From assembly GCF_000400465.1 (NCBI RefSeq), contig NW_008806294.1, positions 30,001 to 62,000 of the forward strand: a stretch of 32,000 bases of DNA, written 5' to 3'. A program made the position numbers and the translations under genes. The DNA comes from Wallemia ichthyophaga EXF-994. Lineage: Eukaryota; Fungi; Basidiomycota. Below are positions 14,062-25,005 of this stretch, piece after piece (position 1 is the stretch's first letter; every line of letters begins with the position of its first letter). The notes under the pieces are model-generated. The model was not told where the DNA came from. It did no database searches and saw only the letters and a list, made by a program, of their open reading frames with translations.

Positions 14062-14314
14062 TGATGGATGTAGAGAAGAACGGGGAGTGTGGGGGTGTAT
14101 ACGGGTCTATAGGGAATATATGGGAGTTAGACTTGTATTATATTTGATATCGACTGGTTACGATAGATCTGCGTAGCTCACCGCGGAATGTATCTGACAA
14201 GCATAGCAATTCTCGCAAGTCTGGAATTTCATCGACGAGGCAGGCGTGCGCTTTCTTGGGAGACTAGAGGATATTATATGCAGCTTCTAACTCTCTTTAC
14301 TTGCACAGTTCATT

Positions 14315-15463
14315 ATGCCGCATCGCTATACATCCAGCGCACCCGATGTGATCACGTCGACAGCCACGGAACAAAACTCCAGCAATTGCCATTCATTAGG
14401 CTTCGTTTTCGCCAATAAAGGCAGTGATAGTGACAGCAACAGTGACAGCAATAACAGTAGTCTGCAAAAGCCTAAGCCGTACTGCAGAACACCATCACAG
14501 CTTGCACATCAGCTTTTGTCCAGATCAGCTACTGTAAATGAAAGAGGAGCTTCTGAAGCATACGCCAAGCTCGATATACACAGGGAGCTGCAGCATCGTT
14601 TCAATCTTGGTCTCAACCGTTGTGAGACTTTTCTGGACAAGAGCAGCGATAATAAGTCCAATTTCTGGAATTCAATCAAGAGGAAAATGTCCATGACATC
14701 GCTCGCTTCGAACACCATTAGCTCTTTTAGTTCTGCTACAAAGAAGACAAAGAAATCCAGTTTCAGTTCACTCGAGCGGGAGAGTGAGAAGGAAAAGGAT
14801 GAAAAATCTGAGCAGGTCAATGAGCACACAGAAACCCCAATCAACGGTCCAAAGAGGTCAGCTACTGTTTCCCACTCGATAGCCACACAAACTCGCAAAC
14901 CCGTCCACAGGAAGAAGGTGGCAGCAGATGACACTGCCATAGACGGCTCTCAGCATAAGGCGAGACGCCCACCATCATCGCTGCTACTCGGTTTCTTCGA
15001 TCCAGACCACGGCATCGCTATCGGTCGGTATAACATTTCCCCGAAGAAGACATTATCAAAAACGGAAAGAAAGAAGACGAGAAAAAAGGACAGCTGTGAT
15101 TACTTCTATGAGCCTAACACAGCACTGGCTATTGGAAAATTCGACGACTGTGGCACTTTCCCTCAATCGCCGTTAAAATCACCATTATTTACGCAGAGGA
15201 CGACGAAACACAAAGACCTATCCAATTCAAACGTACACATTGAGGAGACGTTGCCACTGTGCGAGTCAGAACCAAAAGGGCCAAGAATCAGACGCAAATT
15301 TGCGATGAAAGTCAAGCAAACTGAGACAGAGGAGATGGTGCCACCAGCTTCTAAGAGAATTAAGATGCGCAATAAGTTAGCAAAGTCAAAACAAAGCAAG
15401 ACATACAAACGTCTCAACAGAATACTCAACATTTGTGCGTGTAGGTGCTCAAAGCTTGAGTAA
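14315..15463 (+). CDS. Hypothetical S/K-rich, probably disordered protein (382 aa)
   Basis: Uninterrupted 1149-nt ORF filling the gap between PPH3 and HOP2. No family motif recognised. Probable 5' UTR intron 14246-14308. Confidence 0.65.
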   Translation: MPHRYTSSAPDVITSTATEQNSSNCHSLGFVFANKGSDSDSNSDSNNSSLQKPKPYCRTPSQLAHQLLSRSATVNERGASEAYAKLDIHRELQHRFNLGLNRCETFLDKSSDNKSNFWNSIKRKMSMTSLASNTISSFSSATKKTKKSSFSSLERESEKEKDEKSEQVNEHTETPINGPKRSATVSHSIATQTRKPVHRKKVAADDTAIDGSQHKARRPPSSLLLGFFDPDHGIAIGRYNISPKKTLSKTERKKTRKKDSCDYFYEPNTALAIGKFDDCGTFPQSPLKSPLFTQRTTKHKDLSNSNVHIEETLPLCESEPKGPRIRRKFAMKVKQTETEEMVPPASKRIKMRNKLAKSKQSKTYKRLNRILNICACRCSKLE

Positions 15464-15640
15464 AAGCGATATCAATACAACTTATACACATAAACACTCA
15501 TTACATCATTCAAGCATCATATATTATACTTCTCTTTGTAACACACTATCATTTCATTCCTCTAAATTTTTCACGGCAAACGGTCATCATCTATTCTGCA
15601 AAGCGACGAGATAGCAGCATGACAAAGCCAAAGAAAGGAG

Positions 15641-16465
15641 ATGATGATATTGAGTGCTTATTGTTCCGCTCATCTCCTGCTAATGTTGCCAAACAGTCGA
15701 GACCAAAGTTGTCGAGTATCTCAAGAAGCGCAATAGGCCTTATTCAGCGAGTATGTCATGCGAGAACTATTTGGCTGTTCGACTGAGCCCGCTATAGGCG
15801 ACATCTCTACTAATCTCGGCCAAAGCGTCAGCAAGCTCGCCACTCAGAAAGTTCTTGTCGCGTGCGCAGAGAGAGGCGTAATCACATCCAAAGCCTATGG
15901 TGGGATCTGCGGCGAGGTACTCTCTCAAAGCTCACTCAATTCGCACAGGGAAGCAAACAGTTTTTGTCGCCAATCAGAATGACGACACCAACGCAATCTC
16001 ACCAGAAGATTTGGCAGCGCTGGTGGAGAATAACGATCACTTGAGAAAAGAGCACCAAAGTTTGAATGAACAGATCGCGCACTACAACAAAGGCAAGTGT
16101 ACCTGGAAGTGATCGAATCTTGCTGACGTGAGCGGCTAGAAATAAACGTGATGAAAAAGCTACCAGCATTCAATGAGCTGCCTAGTCTTATCGGTGCACA
16201 TAAGAAGCGTATAGGCGAACTCGACCTGCAAATAGCCGACGTCAAAGACTTCAACGATCAAGTTTCTCAACAAGAGACGGCCAAAGTGGAAAAGGAGTTT
16301 ATCAAGTGGAAAAAGCTGTACAAGAAGCGCATGAGGAAGTACAGTGACGTCCGCGATGCCCTCTGCGGTGAAGAAGCCACCAAGGAAGACGTAACCAAGA
16401 TGGACGAAGAGCTGGGCTTGGATGAGCTTGACGATGACTGCAAGATGCTGCTGGCGTTGATGTGA
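15641..16465 (+). CDS. HOP2: Meiotic recombination protein Hop2 (TBPIP)
   Basis: Introns 15654-15696, 15751-15797, 15900-15948 and 16093-16139 (GC-AG). Winged-helix motif VVEYLKKRNRPYSASDISTNL...KAYGKQTVFVANQ, then a coiled coil and WKKLYKKR...EELGLD. The start is ambiguous (15619 versus 15641/15644). Confidence 0.88.
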
Positions 16466-16700
16466 AATGAACCTATGTGAGTCATGACAGGCACGCCAAC
16501 CTTAATTAAGTGCAAATCTGAGCGTTCGGCATCTCGAAATGAAGAATGTAAATAAGACATGGAAAAACTGTATTGGTAGAGCTATATGAATGCACTGGCC
16601 TTAATGAGCTAGTTCTTACCGGTGAAATAACATATCCTGACACCTCCACATTTCAATACTCGGAATCGATCATGTGTTTGCTTCCTCGCAGTCATCCACG

Positions 16701-19700
16701 ATGGACGATATCCAGTCCGCTGAAATATCGCTCAATGCGGTCATAGCAGTGTTCGCAGTCATCGCTGGATTCGTTGTACACCAAAAATACAACAAGGTGT
16801 CACTTCCAACGACGGAGGAATACGTCCACAACGATACTCCCATTAAACCTAACGAGTACAAGCATAAAAACAGATACCTGGACTATCTTCTATTCGCTGG
16901 ACTACTTGCCGGCTTGGGTTCCTATAGCTGTGAATTCGGTTACGCTGTGATGGAGAATGATAATGTTGCATTGAGTCTGATGGGATTCTCTCAATACGTC
17001 GTCTTTCTCTGCATGGCTTATGCAGGATTAGAGTGCTTCGCGCAAAACTACCTTCTAGCCATCACCACTGCACTCAGCTTGCTCGTAAATACAGTCGTAT
17101 ATCTCCATCCCAAGTCGTCGTCGAGTCCAGTACCACTTTTAGCGACGGCTACTATGGTTTTCGCTGTGATAAACAAGAGACCTGGTCCTGATACTATCCA
17201 CAAACCAATGTACCCTCACAGGAATGACGTACTGCCATCCAAGGTCTGCCAGTCGACCAATGGATCTATCTTCGACACTCTCTTCTTCACGTATGCAACA
17301 CCTATTGTGCGAATGGGATATGAAATGCCCTCATCTATGGGTATAGACAATCTACCATTCGTACCACCTTACCTGCGTGCAAGGGCTCTTTTCGAAGGTA
17401 TCAGAAGAGTGATGGTATTCAAACCATTGCCAAAGTATCACAAAAACTCAGACGTCAGCGCTACGCCGCTGTTCATGAACATACTAAGGGCTAACAAGTA
17501 CCAGGTTAGCATGCTCGTTGGTCTCTCGCTTCTCATTGCCAGCTTGTACTACACGCCGGCAATCTTCCTCAAAAAGCTCCTTTCATCTATCGAGGACAAG
17601 GAGAGCGCGTCTTGGCAATGGTACTATGCTATGTGCTTGTTCTTTAGTTCGATTGTCTTGTCCTTGTTTTCAGGTCAGGTATGGTCATTCGCAGCTACAC
17701 AGTTCGTCGGCCGTATTCGCACTCAGCTCAACTCGCTTTTGTTTGCGAAAACACTCTCGAAGAAGGATATATCAGTAGCATCGAATAATGAGGATGATGA
17801 CGACGACATTGCAGTCAAGTCCAAGTCGCAGGTTATGACTCTAATGACTGTCGACGCTGATAGGATAAGTCAGTCTAGTATTATGGTATTCACTCTTATG
17901 GACGCTCCTATTGAATTAGCCGTCGGTTCTGTCTTCCTCTACACGCTTTTGGGTCATTCAGCTCTCGTTGGTCTGCTCGTTATTGTTTTGTTCTTGCCGC
18001 TTAATCACTACTCTGGCAAATTTGTCGTCAGAGCACAAGACAATCTCATGGTGGGTTGGCATTCTATTCTGCTTGACTAGTTCGTACTTACCTTTTCAAC
18101 AGGAAGCACGTGATCACAGAACAAGTATAATGAATGAAATACTATCCTCAATTCGCATTATCAAGCTTAGTGGCAGTGAGCGTAGAATAATGTCACGCGT
18201 TTTTGGCGTCAGAAGAGCAGAGCTATATCAGCAGAAGCTCAACTATCTCATAGAAGTTGCATTCAACCTTATTTGGGACTCGTCGCCATTTCTAGTCTCA
18301 TTGACTGCATTCATGCACTATACACTCTACAGAAGACTACCACTTACGCCAGCAATTGCATTTGCCAGTGTATCGGTATTCAACGAAATGCAATTTGCCC
18401 TGAACGGTCTACCAGAATGTTTTATAGGATTCTTGCAGACATTTGTTTCAGTGCGCCGCATTGCATCTTACCTCTCCAGTCAAGACGTCGATAACGTCTG
18501 CCACCCGGGCTCTTTCATCCAGGTATCAAATGATGCACACATGATCCTGCGTCAAACCTCGTTCGCATGGCCAACAGTAAACACCAATAAGGGGATCGAC
18601 GATGGTGATGTGTTTACACTCCACAGCATCGATTTCGAAGCTATGCCGGGACAGCTGTCGCTTGTGTGCGGTAAGTTGGGCTCCGGTAAGACACTGTTCC
18701 TCAACGGATTACTTGGTGAGGCTGATCTCGTTGGTGGGTCACTGCGTGTCCCAAGATCTGACTTCCACATCATGGAACATTTCCCTCAGGAAAAGCCAAC
18801 GATGAATGAATGGCTGGTTGATTCAATGACAGCATATGCTCCTCAGACACCTTGGTTGATGAATGCTAGTGTAAAGGACAACATCATTTTCTACCATCCG
18901 TTTGATGCCAAAAGGTACGAGGAGGTACTGAACGCTTGTTCGCTCAAAAACGATTTGGAGTATATGGAAGATGGAGACCAGACTGAGATCGGTGAACAGG
19001 GGTGAGTTTGCTGCGTTGCAATCACGGCTAGAATGCTGACCACTTCTAAAGACTCAATCTTTCCGGTGGCCAGAAGGCTAGGGTGTCTCTTGCAAGAGCA
19101 GTTTACTCTCGTGCTACCACTCTTCTGTTGGACGACGTACTCTCGGCTGTGGATTCACACACCTCTGCTTGGATATTCGAGAAGTGTATTAAAGGCCCGC
19201 TGCTCGCTGAGCGTAATGTCATTCTCGTCTCACATCACATCCAACTCATCGGACAGGCTGCAGACAACATAATTGCCTTTGACAACGGAGAAGTCATCTT
19301 CAGTGGTACAACTGCTGAGTTCGATGAGAGCGAAGTAAAGCCAACGTTGATTTCTTCGATAATGACGGACGACGAAGAGGCAATGGCTGAGGTTGAAGCA
19401 GCAACCTCGCCGCCCAGCAGCGGAACGGAAACGGAAGGGTCAGACGCCGACAGTGAAACGACAATTGGAGCGGAGAAAGTGAATGAAAAAGAAAGAAGCG
19501 TGACGCCTTCATCACCACAGGACTTTTCACCAGCTCAAAATAGCACGCCTCCAAAGATTGACAAGGCACCAAGGAAGCTTGTCCAAGATGAAGGTAGAGC
19601 AGTAGGACGCGTCTCGAAAGAGGTGTACATGACATTACTAAAGAACATGGGTGGATCTTTCTACTGGACAATCTTCACTTCCCTCTTCGTCCTCGCCGCC

Positions 19701-21527
19701 TTCTCTCCCGTGGTCGAGAACTGGATCTTGTCACAATGGTCACAGTCATACTTGAATGGTTTGGTGTCTAAGAGTGCAACGTTGAGATGGATTACCATTT
19801 ACGGTGGGGTTATCATGATTGGTATAGTCGTCGGTTCGTTGAGATGGCTCGTGCTCTATCTTGGTTCTATCAAGGCAAGTCGCCGTATCCATGACAATAT
19901 GCTCGAGAGTTGCATGCGTGCGCCTTTGCGTTTTTACGATACAGTGTCGAAGGGACGTCTTCTGAATCGGTTCGGTAAGGATTTGGAGGGTATAGATTCA
20001 TCATTAGCCGACAATTTCGGGAGATCTATCGTCAATGCTCTCGGAATAATTGCTTCGTTTATCTCTGTGATGCTTATCGGTGGATTACCCGCCATCGCCG
20101 CTCTTAGTGTGTTATCAGTGCTGTACTACCAAGTTGGAAAGATGTACAACACAGCATCCCGCGAGCTACGTCGTATTGAATCAGTGTTCAAGTCACCAGT
20201 ATACAGTCTCTACGCTGAGACTATCTCGGGAGTGGCCACTATACGTGCATTCGGTAATGGTCTAATAATGTCGGAGATGCTCGAAAAGATCGACAATGCT
20301 AACAAACCTTGGTATTGGTTGTGGACATTATCGAGATGGTTGAGTGGACGTTTCAATTTCTTTAGCTCATGCTTGATTGGAGCTACTGCAATCGGAATTG
20401 TTGCTGCGGGTGATATCAATGCTAGTTATGCAGGTTTTGCATTGGCATTTGCGATGACCGTATCTCAGAACCTCATCTTGGCTGTCAGACGTCTTACCAG
20501 CTTGGAGCAGTCAATGGTCGCGCTTGAAAGAGTGAAGGAGTACTCAGAGCTACCATCGGAGGCTGCTGAGATAACGAAACCACGTCCACCAGCAGCTTGG
20601 CCACACCAGGGTAATGTGAGGTTTGAAGATTTCAACCTAAGCTACGCACCGGAATTGCCTCTGGTATTGAAGGATATCAATCTCGATGTCAACGGTCGTA
20701 GCAAAGTCGGTATCGTTGGTCCAACAGGATGCGGGAAGGTGAGTGTGATTATTTTGTGGAGTGGATAGAGTAAGTGGATACTAACATACACACTCAGTCG
20801 ACACTCGCAAGTGCTTTCTTTAGATTTACTGAGGCTGCTTCTGGTAGGCTGCTGATTGATGGGATTGACGTGTCTACTCTCGGACTGACAGACTTGCGAA
20901 CGAGATTACAGATAGTACCGCAAGGTAGGTTGGTTGTTTTTCTCGGGTTGCAATCACTAATTACGTGTGTTACATGCAGACCCGACCATCATGTCAGGCA
21001 CGCTGAGAGAAGCGCTGGATGTGTACAACGAGTTCAGCGACGAAGAGATACTCGATGCACTCCGTCGTGTGCAACTTATTCGAGGCGCTGGTAGTGACAG
21101 TGAGTCGGAAGTGTCAAACACTCGGGAAAACAAAAATACGTTCGTTAATTTGAACAGCAAGGTGGATGAGAATGGATCCAACCTGAGTAGTGGAGAACGA
21201 CAACTGATGGTTATCACAAAAGCCATCCTTAATAGGAGCAAAGTGATTATATTCGACGAGTCGACATCTGCTGTTGACTATAAGACGGATGAGCTCATAC
21301 AAACGACGATCAGGGAGGAGTTCACGAACAGTACGATATTCACGATCGCGCATAGATTGCGCACCGTGATAGATTACGATGTCATTGCTGTTATGGATAG
21401 TGGACGGATAGTGGAGCTTGGTTCACCGGCTCAACTGCTCAATAAACAGAGCAGGTTTATGGAGATGTGCAAGGCCACTGGGAAACAGGAGTACAGTACA
21501 TTGAAGAAAATGGCGAATGACAAGTGA
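16701..21527 (+). CDS. Full-size ABCC/MRP-family ABC transporter (Ybt1/Vmr1/Ycf1-like)
   Basis: Introns 18051-18102, 19002-19051, 20739-20797 and 20925-20979. NBD1: [24 protein letters not shown]2: [30 protein letters not shown]. Two TMDs plus a hydrophobic N-terminal extension. Confidence 0.95.
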
Positions 21528-21800
21528 AAAGGACATTGCATACTTAAACATATACATACATACAATAGAGGAAATTCGTATTCAAACCCGCAAAATTGAT
21601 TGAGTAAACTATTGATCATAATTACAACATATAATACACGCAGTATAAATAGCTTTTTGAATTAAATAAGACGTAATTAGTGAGAATGCCAGCTTCTCGG
21701 GTGGTCGTGAGGGGTACGGGTGGAGATAGAGTACAGCAGATCCAGTCTGGAGTGTTAGATAAAGTTGAGTATTGAGTGTTTTAAGCTACGTGTTTCAAAT

Positions 21801-23273
21801 CTACTGATTTGCTCTCAGTGTAGCTTTTCGAAGCTCGTAGAGCATAGTGTCACCCCACAGCCAGCCGCCTGGGAGCATTGAGGGGTGAAGTTGATCGATT
21901 TGGTGAGCATGCTGGCCGAACCTAGTCGGGGAGTTAGAAAGCGACGAAAAGACAGTGGCAACGCACATAAGACGACCCCACTCATTCAAGCCAACACCAT
22001 CAAACTCCTCTTTTTGCAAAACGTACCTGGCAGCCTGGTCTAGTTGAAACAGGCGATTCAAGTGAAAATACGGTTTGTCTTGGTAGAGACGCTCCTGTTC
22101 GAGTCTGGCCATTTTAGCGTGAGTGTTGATATCAGTGTTGATGCTCCGGCCAATCCAGTCGATCCAGTCGAGTTTATGGTTAGATTCGGACGGGTAGTGG
22201 CAAGTGCGCCAAACAAGTTGTGCGCTTGGGAAAATTGACTGGGTTGCAGAGAGCATCTCACTCATTCTGTCCATATAAAAGGCTAGTCTGTCTCCAGACA
22301 AGTCTGTCATGGTGGACTTGTCGTCTTCTATGTCGATACGCGCGAAGCGGGCTAGATCCCATAACGAGCTGCTCACTTCGACGAGGTCTGGCTGGCGTAG
22401 GGTATGTGCAGCTCTGGTTTCCTTCTCGCTTTCGCCCTCACTCCGACTCTCACCCTCGTTTGTATTCGACATGGATATCCGGTCGAGGATGTTGCGCCCG
22501 TGCACTATCAATCTGTCTTCGTAGTTGTTGGGAGGATTGTACTGCTCCTTAGATGCAAAAAAAGCGTCAGTATCCATCCCGAAATGGAAAGACTGGATGA
22601 GCATGAGGTCGATGGAGGGTATGTAGCAAATGTTTGGCAGGCTGCTTTCGCGGGGGGCTCTTTTGCCATGTGAGTGTGATTTTGATTGTGAAAGGTTATA
22701 TTTTTGCGCCTCTCCTTCCCCCGCAAAAGGCGACCACGGATGGTCATCGCCCAAGTTGACAACGTCCTCGCCAAGCAAGTTGCAAAAGTACTTTACAGTC
22801 TCGCGTGCGATAGAGTCGCCCATGATGAGGATTGTTTTGTTGTGGGCGAAGGAGGTGTCTGTGTGAGAGTGTGAGAGTGTATCACCACTAATTTGCGCCG
22901 CTAAAGAAGCCATTAGGCGTGGTGGCTGGCAGCTGCTATCGAAAGGCACCCAGTTGTTCTCTTCCCGGTGGGTGAGGTTGACGTGAAGAGTGCCAAGTTG
23001 GGAGAATGGGTTTGAGCAGGTGTGCTGGGTGTTCTGCGTATTCTGCGTATTCTGCCGCTCTCCCACTCCACCTATATCCACTTCCACACCACCTATTGTC
23101 CGCGTATAATGCTGGCCGTCGATTCCGCTCAAACTCCCCCAGTAGACAGAAGCAACTATCCAAATCACGGCGATTGAGATGGACAAACTAACAAATCTGA
23201 TCCTTCTACTTCCACAAATAATTGGTAGAACTGATTTATTCGGTTGCTGTGTCTCCGCCAGTGTCGCGGTCAT
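21801..23273 (-). CDS. Type II membrane SGNH-like (GDS...DxxH) protein, Cryptococcus Cap64/Cas3-like
   Basis: One N-terminal TM (FVSLSISIAVIWIVASVYW), then ILIMGDSIARETVKYFC, FHFG, PDLVEVSSSLWD and DQLHP. Probable 45-nt intron 21922-21966. An alternative upstream ATG lies at 23360. The family call is from motif recollection. Confidence 0.6.
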   Translation of the reverse strand: MTATLAETQQPNKSVLPIICGSRRIRFVSLSISIAVIWIVASVYWGSLSGIDGQHYTRTIGGVEVDIGGVGERQNTQNTQNTQHTCSNPFSQLGTLHVNLTHREENNWVPFDSSCQPPRLMASLAAQISGDTLSHSHTDTSFAHNKTILIMGDSIARETVKYFCNLLGEDVVNLGDDHPWSPFAGEGEAQKYNLSQSKSHSHGKRAPRESSLPNICYIPSIDLMLIQSFHFGMDTDAFFASKEQYNPPNNYEDRLIVHGRNILDRISMSNTNEGESRSEGESEKETRAAHTLRQPDLVEVSSSLWDLARFARIDIEDDKSTMTDLSGDRLAFYMDRMSEMLSATQSIFPSAQLVWRTCHYPSESNHKLDWIDWIGRSINTDINTHAKMARLEQERLYQDKPYFHLNRLFQLDQAARYVLQKEEFDGVGLNEWGRLMCVATVFSSLSNSPTRFGQHAHQIDQLHPSMLPGGWLWGDTMLYELRKATLRANQ

Positions 23274-23661
23274 TGTGATTGTTTGTAAAAAACAAGTGGA
23301 CAAGGCGCGGGGAACAAGGGGAGAATCTGGGGTGCAGTCACTTGAATCTACTGTGAACATTGATTATTTATTAGGTGATCGGAATGCATATGTGCTTATT
23401 CAATGGTTTGTTCAGATTTATTTAAATTTGAGAGCCAATTTTCGCGTGATCTTTGTGCTGCATTCCCCTGTTGTCGTGCGTCATATAAAGCACAGGTATG
23501 GTAATATTTGTAAAGTGTTGAATATTAAATAATAATACATGAACAATCTCCCTTTCTAACTGCCTCACATTCCAAAGTAGAGACACAAAGTAGAGACATC
23601 CTAAAGACATCTAATAAAACCCGATAAATACGTCATAAATCTTTCTATTTTATTATATACA

Positions 23662-24932
23662 TCAATTATTGATCGAACAAACAGAATTCTGTCTCGTTAA
23701 TTGTCCTTCAGAGCATCCCCTACTAGCCACATCATCAGCTTCAACTTCGATGGTGACGTGGCTGATACCGAACCCAGCCAAACACTGACGCATCTCTCTC
23801 TCCACAGTGTGCCATTGCGTGAGAGTGAGTGAGGAAGGTACTCTAACATGCAGCGTAGCCAGAAGATCTGTTTGTGAGAGATGCCAGATATGGTGATCGT
23901 GGATGCTAACTACGTTTGGAAGGGAGAGTAAATCACTCTCTATAGCCTGCAAATCGAGATATTTGGGTGCGACTTCCAACAATATCCTTGCTGTTTTCAA
24001 CGTGAGTGGTATCGCTGATGCAAATATGATTATGGATATAATCAGTGAAGCTGCAGGATCTGCATAGAATCTATTTTCCGATTTCAACTTCAAGATGAGT
24101 ACACCGACTACTATAACACCAATGTTGTTTATAGCGTCACCTACAACATGCACAAATACACCAAACATACCCAAATCGCCATGTGGATCGATTGGTGGTG
24201 GTAGTCTGACGTGATTATGCATGTGGTGGAGAGAGTTTTCGTTATCGTGAGAATTTTCGTCGTTGTGGGAGTGTGAGTGTGAGTGTGAGTGTTCATGATC
24301 ATCATCATGCGAGTGTCTAGATAGTAAACCCTCCTCTTCGTCGGAGTTTGAGTGTGAGTGTTCGTGTTTACCATGTGAATGACCATGTCCGCCGTGTCCA
24401 TGGTCGTGTACGAAAGCAGCTGAAATGATATTCAACACCAAACCAACGCCACCTAATGAAATAACAGCGATAGGCTGATCGACGCTTTCTGGGTTAAAGA
24501 AGCGTTCAATCGATTGAAGGAAGATGGAGAGTGCGAGACCGAGGAGGAAAACGCCGTTGAAGAAGGCGCCGACAAGTCTATGTGGATTGTTAGATGGGAT
24601 AATTGATAGATCCCAACATACTCAGCTCTATGCCATCCGTATGTCCATCCAGGCAATCTTCTGCCGTGTTCGCGGAGGTAAGCGGCAGTGAAAGCGATGA
24701 CATATGCAACTAGATCCGATAGGTAGTGGAAGCTATCCGCAATCAAAGCTAATGAACGCGTTCTCAATCCCACTATGATTTGGTTAGTGGGCTATCACCA
24801 CGCACTGCGCCCACCTACCAACTAACTCCGAAACAAAGAATACGCAACTGATCCCGAGGACTATCCCGAAGCGTGTTGTGCTATATCCTGTCAGTCATGT
24901 TCCTGTATCATATATACTCCTCACTTCTTCAT
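23662..24932 (-). CDS. Cation diffusion facilitator zinc transporter (Zrc1/Cot1/ZnT1-like)
   Basis: Exons 24932-24925, 24880-24819, 24772-24622 and 24577-23662. MKNTTRFGIVL...ALIADSFHYLSD, TYGWHRAELVGAFFNG, a His-rich loop, HVVGDAINN, and IHDHHIWHLS...HVTIEVE. Confidence 0.93.
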
Positions 24933-25005
24933 CGTCGTAACTCAACGATGATTTTTTCTACACGCGCAAATATCAATAAATATAAAATCAATTATTAAGA
25001 CATTC

